NCBI GenBank assembly: GCA_965226795.1 | Contig: CBDDDZ010000005.1 | Coordinates: 2,944,001-3,008,000, forward strand | Direction: 5' to 3' | Length of the DNA: 64,000 bases | Source: Candidatus Latescibacterota bacterium | GTDB taxonomy: Bacteria; Latescibacterota; UBA2968; GCA-2709665 | Shown here: piece after piece, positions 1-10,341 of the stretch | Layout: each line of letters begins with the position of its first letter | How positions within the stretch are numbered: position 1 is the stretch's first letter | Notes under the pieces: generated by a model | The model's input: the letters and a program-made list of their open reading frames with translations, nothing else | Told to the model about the DNA's origin: nothing | Database searches by the model: none | Program-made: the position numbers and the translations under genes

Positions 1-1332
1 TTCAGACCCGGCGATCCACCACAGTGCGAACGTAAGAAGGGCAACCCCAAAGACCACGGGCACAAAGATTCCGGCAACGCGGTCTGCGATGCGCTGAACG
101 GGCGCACGCGAGCCCTGGGCCTGGCGCACCATCCGAACGATTCGGGCATGCACCGTCTCGGCGCCAACCTGTGAGGCTCTAAAGGTGAAACTCCCGGTCT
201 GGTTGAGGGTTGCCCCCAGTACCATGCTCAGGGTGCGCTTTTCCACGGGCATGCTCTCACCGGTTATCACGGATTCATCGACGCTGGATTGCCCCTCCTC
301 AACAACGCCGTCCACCGGAATTCTGTCACCCGGCCGAATGCGAATAAGGTCGCCAACGGCGACATCGTCCACGGAAACCACCGACTCTTCACTATCTCGA
401 ATCACACAGGCGGTTTGGGGACGAAGATCCATCAGCCTGCGAATGGCTTCGGTGGTGCGGCCTCTGGACCGGATTTCCAGCAGTCGGCCAAGAAGGATGA
501 GGGTGACAATCATTGCGGAGGTGTCGAAGTAGACGCTGATGGGCTGGCCCGCGCCGTACACGAACCGGGGAGCGAACACGCCGGCGACGCTGTATCCATA
601 GGCCGCCAGGGTCCCAACTGCAATGAGGCTGTTCATGTCGGCTGTTCTGTGTCGCAGGCCGCTCCAGAACCCTCTGAGAAAACGCCAGCCGCACCAGAAC
701 TGCACGGGAGTGGCCAGGAGGAGGAGCAGAAGGTGAACCTCCTGGATAGAGTTCGCCGCGCCGCGGACGTTGTGCAGCATGCCCACGCTCATGATGAGCG
801 CTGACAGCACGGCCGCAACGATGAAGCGAACGCGCACCGAACGGCGTTCCGACCGTTCTGCCAACGCTGCGCCGTCTTCCGCAATCGGGCTCTTTTCGAC
901 GACCGTCGCGCCGTACCCGGCATCGGTCACCGTCCGTTTCAGAATGGACACGGGTACGCGAAGATGTCGCACGGTAGCCTGACGGGTCGCGAGGTTGACC
1001 GCGCTATCGAGGACACCGGGAAGGCCGGCTAATGCGTTTTCAATCCGGGAGACGCAGGCGGCACAGCTCATGTCTTGAATGGCAAGCTTCGTTTCTTCCG
1101 CGCGTATACCATAGCCGAGATTCTCTATTCTACCAACAAGCTGTTGTACCCCTGTCCGATCGGACCTGAGCAACACAGTGGCCTCCGCCGTAGCGAAGTT
1201 GACGTCGGCTTCGCTTACGCCGTGGATCTTTCGCAATTCCTCCTGGATCCGGGCAGCGCAAGCCGCACAGTTCATCCCGGTGACGGGCACGGTCAGGCGG
1301 ACCGCAGGATTTGACTCGAGAATGCGTCCCAT
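1..1332 (-). CDS. copA: Heavy-metal (Cu+-type) P1B ATPase, 3' part outside the window
   Basis: Read manually on the minus strand from ATG 1332 ([25 protein letters not shown]). Two HMA CxxC domains (GMNCAAC, DMSCAAC) and the actuator motif [14 protein letters not shown]. Runs off the left edge, so it is not in the ORF track. Confidence 0.85.
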   Translation of the reverse strand, partial: MGRILESNPAVRLTVPVTGMNCAACAARIQEELRKIHGVSEADVNFATAEATVLLRSDRTGVQQLVGRIENLGYGIRAEETKLAIQDMSCAACVSRIENALAGLPGVLDSAVNLATRQATVRHLRVPVSILKRTVTDAGYGATVVEKSPIAEDGAALAERSERRSVRVRFIVAAVLSALIMSVGMLHNVRGAANSIQEVHLLLLLLATPVQFWCGWRFLRGFWSGLRHRTADMNSLIAVGTLAAYGYSVAGVFAPRFVYGAGQPISVYFDTSAMIVTLILLGRLLEIRSRGRTTEAIRRLMDLRPQTACVIRDSEESVVSVDDVAVGDLIRIRPGDRIPVDGVVEEGQSSVDESVITGESMPVEKRTLSMVLGATLNQTGSFTFRASQVGAETVHARIVRMVRQAQGSRAPVQRIADRVAGIFVPVVFGVALLTFALWWIAGSE

Positions 1333-1384
1333 TGATTACCTGTCCTGGTCGTTCCAATGCGATGGGATTCGTCTGATGGGGCTT

Positions 1385-2416
1385 TCAGAGAACCGTTCCA
1401 CGGGCATGGAAACCTGAAAAATGGTCGAAGCCTTGCGTTTCCAACTCCGTCCTCGTGCCTTGCGTATTTTCGAGATAAACGCTCCCGTCCCCCGCTTCGA
1501 CTCGCCCGATTCGGCAAATCCGAGACCCGCCATCGAGCGCCTCGATGTCATTTCTCGCTCCGGGCGTTACCGTAAACAGCAGTTCATAGTCCTCGCCACC
1601 TGAAATCGCCAGATCCAGGGTTCCGAGATTTGAAAGCTCGCAGAATCGCCGGAACGCAGGTGAAACGGGAATCATCGTTTCGCCGATGACCGCAGAAACC
1701 CCGCTCTGCCTGCAGATATGCCGTAAATCCGAAGCCACGCCATCCGAGAGATCCAACATCGCGGTCACGGCGCCCGATGCCGCCAGCGCCTGTCCCAACG
1801 CCACCCGGGGCTCAGGCCGGTGGTGCCTGCCCAGCAGAAACTCACGGTCCACATCCGAAAGGCCGACTTCATATCCCAGGGCCAGCTTCAAGCCTGCCGC
1901 GGAATCCCCCAGGGTGCCCGACGTGTAGATCAGGTCGCCGGGGCGCGCGCCCGAACGGTAACACACCCGGCCCTCATCCATCTCGCCCGTCAGCGTCAGA
2001 TTCATGACCAGCGGCCCTGTATTCCGCGTTGTGTCACCCCCCACGACGTTGACGCCAAAACGGACTGCGGATGTGCGCAATCCATCGTATACCCGTTCCA
2101 AATAGCCGACGTCGAAATCGGGGGGTACCGCCACGGAAACCAGCGCCTCTCGAGGTTCCCCGCCCATCGCCGCGATATCCGACAGGTTCACTGCCAGCAG
2201 TTTGTAACCGAGCCACCTGGCGTCGGACGCATCGACCACGAAATGCACGCCTTCCACCATAAGATCGGACGTAATGAGCCGTACCCGATCGTTTCCGCGC
2301 CCCAATACGGCGCAATCATCCCCAATACCACAACGCACGTCGGCAGGCCGCGCCAGGCCGGCTGCTGCAATCCGCTCGATAAATTCAAACTCGCCTATCT
2401 CCGCAAATGTCGTCAC
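1385..2416 (-). CDS. thiL: Thiamine-monophosphate kinase
   Basis: GEFEFI, GIGDDCA, VEGVHF, VNLSDIAAMGG, GGDT, DLSDG and GGEDYELLF motifs; probable GTG start at 2416 inside the 1385-2776 ORF. Confidence 0.93.
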   Translation of the reverse strand: MTTFAEIGEFEFIERIAAAGLARPADVRCGIGDDCAVLGRGNDRVRLITSDLMVEGVHFVVDASDARWLGYKLLAVNLSDIAAMGGEPREALVSVAVPPDFDVGYLERVYDGLRTSAVRFGVNVVGGDTTRNTGPLVMNLTLTGEMDEGRVCYRSGARPGDLIYTSGTLGDSAAGLKLALGYEVGLSDVDREFLLGRHHRPEPRVALGQALAASGAVTAMLDLSDGVASDLRHICRQSGVSAVIGETMIPVSPAFRRFCELSNLGTLDLAISGGEDYELLFTVTPGARNDIEALDGGSRICRIGRVEAGDGSVYLENTQGTRTELETQGFDHFSGFHARGTVL

Positions 2417-2493
2417 CGGGTTCTCCGAGGGAAATGGAAGCCGGCTTGACCCGCTGAAAGAGGCAAGCAAGTCCGGACAGCCGGCGGGCGGTC

Positions 2494-3261
2494 TCATCCT
2501 GGCCGCACACGTCGACGCTGCCAGGCCACCACCTCCGCATAGGGTACGTCGCCGCCGAATATATCCAACGCGCTGCCAATTGTCAGCCCCACACGACCGC
2601 TCCCCAGCTTCTCGACGCGATCCAGATCTTCCAGGCGCCGCGCGCCGCCCGCGTACGTCACTTCTATCGGCGACTCGGCGCCCAGCAATTCCACCAGCGT
2701 ATCTTCTATCCCCGCCCGCTTGCCCTCTACGTCCACCCCGTGCACCAGGAAGCCGTCGCAAAACTCCGAAAGCCAATTCAACGTTGTACCGTTAACCTGG
2801 ACGCATGTAGACCTCTGCCACAGATCGGTCACCACCAGATAAGCACCGCCACGCCTTCGGCAACTCAGATCCAGCACCAGGCGGCCGCGACCGACAGTTC
2901 GCACCATCCTGTCCAGCCGATCGGTATCCACGCGTCCATCCCGAAATACATACGATGTTACAATCACGTGGCTGGCGCCTGCATCCAGATATCGGCGGGC
3001 GTTTTCCGGCCGGATGCCGCCGCCGACCCGGAGCCCGCCGGGATAGGCGGACAACGCGGACAGCGCGGCCGTCTCGTTGCCAGGTCCCAGCATGATGACG
3101 TGACCTCCCGGCAGGTTGTCCGACCTGTACATCCTCGCGTAGTCGGCCGGCAGCCGGCCTGACTCGAAGTTCGTCGCCGGCGTGGCGCCGCACCGCAGCG
3201 ACCCCCCCACAATTTGCACCACGCACCCGCCACGCAGATCTATACAAGGCCTGAAATTCAC
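2494..3261 (-). CDS. hisA: ProFAR isomerase, eukaryotic (His6-like) type
   Basis: FRPCIDL..G.VVQIVGG, GGHVIMLG, ASHVIVTSYVF, LVLDLSCR, HGVDVEG and LTIGSALDIFGG. Confidence 0.9.
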   Translation of the reverse strand: MNFRPCIDLRGGCVVQIVGGSLRCGATPATNFESGRLPADYARMYRSDNLPGGHVIMLGPGNETAALSALSAYPGGLRVGGGIRPENARRYLDAGASHVIVTSYVFRDGRVDTDRLDRMVRTVGRGRLVLDLSCRRRGGAYLVVTDLWQRSTCVQVNGTTLNWLSEFCDGFLVHGVDVEGKRAGIEDTLVELLGAESPIEVTYAGGARRLEDLDRVEKLGSGRVGLTIGSALDIFGGDVPYAEVVAWQRRRVRPG

Positions 3262-3325
3262 GGATACTCCCTTTGGCGGCCAGAGAATACAGTGTCCAGT
3301 TCCAGAAATATGTTACCATTCATCC

Positions 3326-3368
3326 GCCGATTCATCCCGTCTCGCTACGTTGCCTTCCCTCGGCGGCC
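3326..3368. repeat. 43-bp dispersed repeat, copy 1 (copy 2 at 48518-48560)
   Basis: gccgattcatcccgtctcgctacgttgccttccctcggcggcc; 38/43 identical to copy 2 by manual alignment. Confidence 0.75.
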
Positions 3369-3660
3369 GAATTTCGGCAATCTATTTCCGGGACGGAACA
3401 CCAGGGTTTCACGCCGCACCATGGACACGGCCCCGACCGGGCATGCCGCAGGCGTCGTGGAGACGCCCGTTTCGTCCGCAACGGACCGATAAACAGCCAT
3501 GCCAATATAACGTACAACAGCAACCACTTCAACCCTGGCACATTAAGCGATACGGACAAGAAAAAGCCGGAGGCTGACATCTCCGGGGTAGACGTCTTCC
3601 AGGGAAAACCCCTTGAACGACCACCTGCGGAACGGTTCCCTCCCCGGACGCCTCCGCCAA

Positions 3661-6600
3661 TCAGTCGTCCGCCGATTGATCGTAGGCGGCCGGCCGGAAG
3701 AATACGGCGCTTACGATCCTCTGCAGAAACGCTCGCAGATCGTCCAGCAGCGTATAGAATATCGGCACAAGCAGCAGGGTCAGGAACGTCGACACAAACA
3801 GCCCGCCCATAAGGGTTCGTCCAAGGGGCGCGTAGGGAATCCCAATCAGATTGCTATTGCCCAGGGCCATTGGCACCAGGCCGAACACCGTGGTAAACGT
3901 CGTCATCAGGATGGGCCTGAAACGGTTGTACCCGGCCTCCAGAATCGCCTCTGCCCGGTTCATCCCCTCCTGGCGCATCCGGTTGATCATATCCACCAGC
4001 ACAATCGCGTTGTTTACCACCACCCCGATCAGCACGATCATGCCGATATTGGCCATCATGTCCATCGGCGTGCCGGTCAGATAGAGCGTCCAGTACACCC
4101 CCAGGAATGAGAACGGAATGGAAAACAGCACCGAGAACGGAAGAACCACGGACTCGAACAACACCCCCATCAGCAGAAAGACACACGTGACCGCCATCAC
4201 CACCGCAAATATCGTCTCGTTGTCGGACTCCTGGAACCTGGCGAAACGCTCGCCCTTGTTCCACGAATAGCCCCTCGGCATCTCAAAGCCAGCCATCGCA
4301 CGATCGATGTCGGCGTAGAGACTCTTTAAATCGTCCTTGGTCGTAAACGCCCTCACCACCAGGCGCGTCTTGCCGTCTTCCCTTCGAATTCTCCCGCGCC
4401 CGGGCGTTACCTTGAAGCTGGCCAGTTCGGAAAGGGGAATTTCCTCGCCCGACGCCGACCTGAACATAAAACTCTTGAGATGATGCAGCGTCTGCCGGTC
4501 CGCCTCTTCCAGGTACAGTCGCGTATCCACCTCGCGCTCGCCGGACTGGAACCGGGGCAGGCTCACCCCCTGCATGGAAAAGGCCAGCGTTTGCGCCACG
4601 ACCCGCGGAGAAATCCCGTAGCGCCTCGCCCGCTCCCGATCGATATGGACCTGGACCTCGTCGGTGGACCGTTCCAGGTCCGAGTCCACACTTACCACCG
4701 AGGGTATCGCCCGGAGCCGGCGCTCCACTTCCGTTATGAGAGGGGCCAGCACCTCGGTGTCGTCTCCGTAGAGATACACCGAAACCGAAGGATCGCCGCC
4801 GCCCCTGCCGCGGCTCTCCACGCCGATCCGCACGCCCACATACTTGGGCATGTTCTCTTTCAGATCCTTAACGACCTCCGTGCGACCTATCGTTTTATCC
4901 ACCGGAACGCCCAGACCCGACCTCAGGTTCTTGTACGTGACGTACCACCAGGCTTCGTTCGGATTGGTGTCGAGGTAGATCTCGAAATTTCCCCGGGTCT
5001 TTCGGAACCAGGACCGGATGGTCCTGACACCGTATGCCTCCCGCTTGGAGTTCAGAAAATCCTCCACCTCGTTCATCAATTCAAAGGTCTCATGCGTTGA
5101 GAAATCACGGGGCGTGCGAATATAGATATCGATATCGTTGATGTTTCCCCGGGAGGCATCCGAGCGTTTCATTTTGCCTGCGGGAATCGAAATGGTTGCA
5201 AATACCGCCAGCAGGATCAATATTGCGTCCCGCCGGTGGCTCAACGCCCATTTCAGCACACCGCCATAACGCATCCGGGCCCATCCGATGGACTTGGAAT
5301 CCGGCTTCACCCGGCTGCCGCCGAACCGCACCGAGGCCAGCGGGATAATCAGGAGCGCCACGAACAACGACCCCACCAGCATCACGATAACGGGGACACC
5401 CATTCGAGAGAGATAGAACGTCATCCCCGCATTGCCGGTCATCAACATCAGCGGCAGAAAAACCACGACCGAGGTCAGCGTCGCCATGGTAATCGCCATG
5501 GCGACTTCGCTGGCACCCACGACGGCCGCCTGCTTCGGCGACTCGCCCTTCTCCCGCCGCCGATAGATGTTCTCCAGAATCACAACCGCATTGTCCACAA
5601 CCATACCCACACCCACCATCAGACCCATCATCGTCATGAGATTCAGAGACCACCCGAGAAAATAGAGCACCGTTACGGTTATCATCGCGCACAGTGGAAT
5701 CGACAGCGTGATTATGGCCGTCAATCGGATCACACGCAGGAAGAACAGCAAGACCAGCGCGGCAAACAACCCGCCCCAGAGGCCCGTATTCCTCAAGTTG
5801 GAAACGGAGGCCCGGATGAACTCGCCCTGATTGAAAAACACGTTGAATTGCACTTTACCGGCCGCACCGGACGCTGTCTCGATCTGCCGAAGTGCCGCCG
5901 CCACACGGTCACACACCGCTGTGATGTCGGCTCCCGACTCGGCCTTGATCCCGACGGATGAGGCCGGTTGGCCATCGATTCTCTGATACCAGCTTCGGGC
6001 CGGGACATCGTAGACCACGTCGGCAACTTCGCGCAACCTCACGCCGCCCTCGCGGGAATCGATCGGGATATTGCCGATCTCTTCCAGACTGCGGTATCGC
6101 GCCAGAGACCGGACGTAGAATTTCTTCGTGCCCTCGTTCACGTAACCGCTCTTGAGCGCGAAATTGTCGTTCCGCAGGCGTTGAACCATCTCGTAGACGT
6201 TCACGCCCCGCGCCATCAGTTGCTCCCGGTCGATCTCGATCATTACCTCTTTGGGGTCCGTTCCCCAGAGTTCCACTGTGGCCACGCCTTCGATACGCTC
6301 CAGAGGCCGTTGCACGTGGGTTTCCAGGAAATGGTACACATCGACAATTGTGGAGTCCAGAGCCGCTCCGAACCACATAATTGGCCGGTCTTCGTCGTTG
6401 TACTTCCATACGAAAATGCCATCTCGCACCTCGTCCGGAAGGTCCGGTTTGAGCCGGTCCAACTGATCCCTCAACTGGTTGTACGCCAGGGCCATGTCGG
6501 CATCCTGCCGAAATCGGAGGGGCGCGCCGACGCCCCGCCTGTCCGTGTACGTCCGGATTCGTTCGATTCCCTTGATTGTCCGCAGGCGCTCCTCCAGGGG

Positions 6601-6819
6601 GCGTGTAATCTCCTGTTCGACCTCTTGAGGCGTGGCGTTCGAGCCGGGATACCGGACGCTCAACCACAGGAAGGGCGGATTAAATCCCGCCGGCATCATT
6701 TTTACCGCGATCCGGGAATAGGCCACGGCACCCATCACGAGCAGCGCAATCAGACACACCGTAACTGTCACCGGACGATTGACGGAAATGCCTGAAAGAA
6801 GGGAACGTCTGTTGTTCAT
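3661..6819 (-). CDS. RND transporter permease (AcrB/AcrD/AcrF family)
   Basis: ~1050 aa; N-terminal RPVT..TM segment, two large periplasmic loops, GMVVDNAVV, GVVVNNAIVLVD, RFRPILMTT. Start placed at MNNRRS. Confidence 0.92.
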   Translation of the reverse strand: MNNRRSLLSGISVNRPVTVTVCLIALLVMGAVAYSRIAVKMMPAGFNPPFLWLSVRYPGSNATPQEVEQEITRPLEERLRTIKGIERIRTYTDRRGVGAPLRFRQDADMALAYNQLRDQLDRLKPDLPDEVRDGIFVWKYNDEDRPIMWFGAALDSTIVDVYHFLETHVQRPLERIEGVATVELWGTDPKEVMIEIDREQLMARGVNVYEMVQRLRNDNFALKSGYVNEGTKKFYVRSLARYRSLEEIGNIPIDSREGGVRLREVADVVYDVPARSWYQRIDGQPASSVGIKAESGADITAVCDRVAAALRQIETASGAAGKVQFNVFFNQGEFIRASVSNLRNTGLWGGLFAALVLLFFLRVIRLTAIITLSIPLCAMITVTVLYFLGWSLNLMTMMGLMVGVGMVVDNAVVILENIYRRREKGESPKQAAVVGASEVAMAITMATLTSVVVFLPLMLMTGNAGMTFYLSRMGVPVIVMLVGSLFVALLIIPLASVRFGGSRVKPDSKSIGWARMRYGGVLKWALSHRRDAILILLAVFATISIPAGKMKRSDASRGNINDIDIYIRTPRDFSTHETFELMNEVEDFLNSKREAYGVRTIRSWFRKTRGNFEIYLDTNPNEAWWYVTYKNLRSGLGVPVDKTIGRTEVVKDLKENMPKYVGVRIGVESRGRGGGDPSVSVYLYGDDTEVLAPLITEVERRLRAIPSVVSVDSDLERSTDEVQVHIDRERARRYGISPRVVAQTLAFSMQGVSLPRFQSGEREVDTRLYLEEADRQTLHHLKSFMFRSASGEEIPLSELASFKVTPGRGRIRREDGKTRLVVRAFTTKDDLKSLYADIDRAMAGFEMPRGYSWNKGERFARFQESDNETIFAVVMAVTCVFLLMGVLFESVVLPFSVLFSIPFSFLGVYWTLYLTGTPMDMMANIGMIVLIGVVVNNAIVLVDMINRMRQEGMNRAEAILEAGYNRFRPILMTTFTTVFGLVPMALGNSNLIGIPYAPLGRTLMGGLFVSTFLTLLLVPIFYTLLDDLRAFLQRIVSAVFFRPAAYDQSADD

Positions 6820-7057
6820 TGAGAACACGCTCCGTGGAGTGATGTGTCCCGGAAATAGATTGCCGGGCCTTTCATCTGTCGAAGGCCGTAACAAGCCATA
6901 ACCATAGGACGCACCGACCCTCGATATGATTCAGCCTTGCCGTCGAAAATGCTGAAATTCGGGTAGGAGTCGAGCGCAGGGTCGGATCCGGACCACGGGT
7001 CCGGCGGGCGTGGAATGGCACAGGACGTGGCGGTTGCCCAGAACCCTGATTCGAAGG

Positions 7058-7408
7058 CTACGGATACGAACTTTCCGCGATGCGGCGAAGTGATTTCTTG
7101 CGCGACAGACGTCGCTTCTGTTCCAGACGTCGTGCCAGGGACGCTCGTGTAGGTCTGCTGGGTATGCGGGGTTTGTCTCGCCGGTTCAACCCGATGAGTA
7201 TTCGACGGAGACGCTGGAGGGCAAGGTCCCTGTTGCGTCCCTGGAGGCGATGTTCGGACGCAACGACAGTGATACCGGTGGGAAAGTGTACAAGCCTGAC
7301 CGCGCTTTCAACCTTGTTGCGATGCTGGCCGCCCGGACCGCCGCCGCGAAAGGGATGGAATCGCACTTCCTTGAGGAGAATTTCAGGATCGGTGTTATAG
7401 AGGGGCAT
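7058..7408 (-). CDS. Peptidyl-tRNA hydrolase / ribosome-rescue factor, ArfB-like
   Basis: GGPGGQHRNK..SAVRL.H.PTG RF-1 domain plus basic tail RIPSRPTRASLARRLEQKRRLSRKK; start may instead be 7450. Confidence 0.8.
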   Translation of the reverse strand: MPLYNTDPEILLKEVRFHPFRGGGPGGQHRNKVESAVRLVHFPTGITVVASEHRLQGRNRDLALQRLRRILIGLNRRDKPRIPSRPTRASLARRLEQKRRLSRKKSLRRIAESSYP

Positions 7409-7483
7409 GTCGGGATCCGTGGCCGTCTTCGGCCGCCCCGGCCTCGTCAAACCGGCCCGAATACCGGATCCTCAGGTCCGCTT

Positions 7484-8710
7484 CTAAAGCAATCCGGCCC
7501 GGCGGAGGGCGTCGGCCATAACGCTTTCAGATTTGTTGTCGGACGTGTTTTCCTTGATCTTGGACGCTTCGATTTCCTTGACTTCAACGGCTTTCTTTTC
7601 TTCTTCCTGTACGTCGCGTATGGAAAGGGAGATGCGTTTCTTGTCGCGGTCGATTTTCCGGACTCGGGCGCGAACTTCCTGCCCGACCGATACGACGTCC
7701 GAGGGCCGCGCCACTCGGCTTCGTGCGAGTTGGGAGACGTGAACCAAGCCTTCCACACCCGGAGCAACTTCGACAAAGGCGCCGAATTGCTGAATCGAGA
7801 CGACTTTTCCGGTGATAACCTCCCCCTCTCGATATTTCTCGACCGCACCGTCCCAAGGATCGGGCAGGAGCGCTTTAATGGAGAGCGAGATCCGTTCTTT
7901 GTCTCCTCCGATCCCCTTGAGTTCGAGGATCTTGACGTTGACTTCGTCTCCGGACCGAAGCACGTCTTTCGGATGCCCGACGCGGTTGTGCGCGATTTCC
8001 GATATGTGGACCAGCCCCTCCACGCCACCGAGGTCGACAAATACGCCGAAACGCTCAAGCCGGGTGATCTTTCCCGTGACTTCGGCGCCCTCATTGAGTT
8101 TTTCCCGGATTTCGTCCGCGCGGCGGGCGGCCTCGGCTTCGAGATGGGCGCGGCGCGACAGCACAATGTTGCGGCCCCGGCCGCGAAACTCGACAATTTT
8201 AAACGTAAGGGTCTGGCCGGCATAAGAAACCAGATCTTTGCTATACCCCGTATCGATCTGTGAGACCGGACAGAAAGCCCGCCGGCCGCCGAGGTTGATA
8301 ACCAGACCGCCGGAGTTGAAACCGGTAACCCGCCCGTCGACCGGTATATTTTTTTCGAAGGCCTGACGCAGTATTTGAACGTTGCCCGTACGCCGGGACA
8401 GGGTCAATCGGACTTCGTTTTCCACCGAGGCGACAAAGGCTTCAATGTTGTCGCCAACCTGGCATGAGACCTCACCGTGTTCGTCCCTCAGTTCCTGGAT
8501 GTCGACAACGGCTTCGCTTCGGCCTCCATAGTCTATAAACACGGAGGATTCATCGATGGTCTGGATACGGCCCGAGAGCCGCTGGCCCACCGAAAGTAAC
8601 GGCTCGGGCGACTGATCGGGTTCTCCTTCGAGAATTGCTGCGAACTCGTCGCTGGAACGGTCGGCGACGTATTTTTCGTCCATTTCATGGACTTTTCGCG
8701 GTTCGTTCAT
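7484..8710 (-). CDS. Four-S1-domain protein (ribosomal protein S1-like)
   Basis: Repeats FGVFVDLGGVEGLVHISEI and FGAFVEVAPGVEGLVHVSQL, RISLSIK/R; 408 aa from ATG 8710. Confidence 0.85.
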   Translation of the reverse strand: MNEPRKVHEMDEKYVADRSSDEFAAILEGEPDQSPEPLLSVGQRLSGRIQTIDESSVFIDYGGRSEAVVDIQELRDEHGEVSCQVGDNIEAFVASVENEVRLTLSRRTGNVQILRQAFEKNIPVDGRVTGFNSGGLVINLGGRRAFCPVSQIDTGYSKDLVSYAGQTLTFKIVEFRGRGRNIVLSRRAHLEAEAARRADEIREKLNEGAEVTGKITRLERFGVFVDLGGVEGLVHISEIAHNRVGHPKDVLRSGDEVNVKILELKGIGGDKERISLSIKALLPDPWDGAVEKYREGEVITGKVVSIQQFGAFVEVAPGVEGLVHVSQLARSRVARPSDVVSVGQEVRARVRKIDRDKKRISLSIRDVQEEEKKAVEVKEIEASKIKENTSDNKSESVMADALRRAGLL

Positions 8711-9048
8711 GCGGGTTCTCTTTTGCTCCTCTTCCGGCGATGTTCGGTCAAACCCCCGCGCTCTCGCGCCGGCGCGCCCGGCGCGGGGATCTGCAGGCCT
8801 GCTCCCTTCACGAGGCCCTCGGATCAAAACATATAAAGGTATGAGAAAATTTGAAAGACGCAAGGTTTTTTTTGGATATTCACATCGACGGCGACGGACG
8901 GTCAACCGCAGGATCGCGGTTTCCGCGGGATCCGGCCTCACAGGTTACCCAAATCTCACCGTTGATCGCGGGCGGGCGTTATCGTATATTTTTTCGGGTT
9001 CGGGAATTCGGTGGCCAACTGAAGGTATTCACGGACAGGGGACGCGAG

Positions 9049-10260
9049 ATGAACGAAATAATCGAAGAGGCGCGGCAGGTTGCGCTTCAGATCTTGAAGC
9101 CGCGAAAGGTGGAGTTGGAACACGGGCTGGCCTTGCACACCGACTCAATCGTGTGCGACACGTACGGATTCGCCCCCCGGGCAGCCATAGATGGAGACGC
9201 GATGGCAGCTACCGCGGCAGCCGGTGCGTCGGAGGCGGAGTTGAACGATATGAATGAGGATATGTCAATGACCCGGTGCGCAACCGATCCGGGCGAGCGG
9301 GCGGAGTTTCAGGAGGCATGGCGTTCGGGCGGCGTGACCTGTATCGTGCAGAACGCCGGCGAGGAGGGTCAGGCGCCTTTGCGGTTGATTAAACGTCTCG
9401 CGCGGTTTACCTATGTGGCCGACGTCATGCGGGATTTCCTGATGCGTGCAACCACGCCGGCGGATATTGAGGCGGCCAAGGAACAGGGCAGACAGTGTTT
9501 TTATATGAGCGGCAACGGCGTACCTCTTTCACAGGACTGGGTGTCCGTGGAGGAGGAACTGAGGTATATTCGGATCTTCTTTCAACTGGGGATCCGGATC
9601 ATGCACCTGACCTATAACCGTCGCAATATGCTGGGAGACGGGTGTGCCGAGCCGGCCAACGCGGGATTGAGCGACTTCGGCAGGTCGGTGGTGGCCGAGA
9701 TGAACCGGGTGGGCGTTATCGTGGACGTTGCGCACGCGGGCTGGCAGACCAGCCTGGAGGCGGCTAAAGCGTCTTCGGTCCCGATGGTGGCAAGTCATTC
9801 GGGCTGCTGTTCAGTGAACGAACACATCCGATGCAAGCCGGAAAACGTAATCCGGGCGATTGTGGATTCGGGCGGTTACGTGGGCATCTGCTGCATTCCG
9901 GCCTTTCTGGGGCGAAGTGGAGACATAAAGGCGCTCCTGGATCATGTCGATTATATGGTCAGGACGTACGGCGCCGATCACGTAACGATCGGGACGGACA
10001 CGGCCTACGCCTCGCGCGCGTCCAACGCGGAAAGGAGGAAGGCGCCGCGTTCGCAGAGGCGTCCGCGCTGGTCGGCGTTCTGGCCGCCCGATGCGTTCGA
10101 CGCCCACTGGCGGCAGGATCACATGGTGAAGAGTCTGGCCTGGACCAACTGGCCGCTTTTTACGGTGGGTATGGTCCAGCGCGGTTATACGGATGTGGAT
10201 ATCCGAAAGATCCTGGGTGGCAACATGCTCCGGGTAGCACGGGCGACCCTGGCCGGCTGA
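9049..10260 (+). CDS. Membrane dipeptidase (peptidase M19)-like amidohydrolase with atypical metal site
   Basis: HLTYNRRN, GLSDFGRSVVAEMNRVGVIVDVAH, ASHS, DHVTIGTD, KILGGN; ATG 9049. Confidence 0.8.
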   Translation: MNEIIEEARQVALQILKPRKVELEHGLALHTDSIVCDTYGFAPRAAIDGDAMAATAAAGASEAELNDMNEDMSMTRCATDPGERAEFQEAWRSGGVTCIVQNAGEEGQAPLRLIKRLARFTYVADVMRDFLMRATTPADIEAAKEQGRQCFYMSGNGVPLSQDWVSVEEELRYIRIFFQLGIRIMHLTYNRRNMLGDGCAEPANAGLSDFGRSVVAEMNRVGVIVDVAHAGWQTSLEAAKASSVPMVASHSGCCSVNEHIRCKPENVIRAIVDSGGYVGICCIPAFLGRSGDIKALLDHVDYMVRTYGADHVTIGTDTAYASRASNAERRKAPRSQRRPRWSAFWPPDAFDAHWRQDHMVKSLAWTNWPLFTVGMVQRGYTDVDIRKILGGNMLRVARATLAG

Positions 10261-10341
10261 CGGCCGCGACTTGTGTTCCGTCGGGGGCTACCGCTGGAAA
10301 AATTCCGAGAAGGCCTGAGCGCCTTCAGAAAAGGATGTTTC

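Noticed and set aside
3332..3580. 82-aa ORF with a hydrophobic stretch and CPWC
   Set aside because: No recognisable family, it overlaps the dispersed repeat, and coding status cannot be supported.
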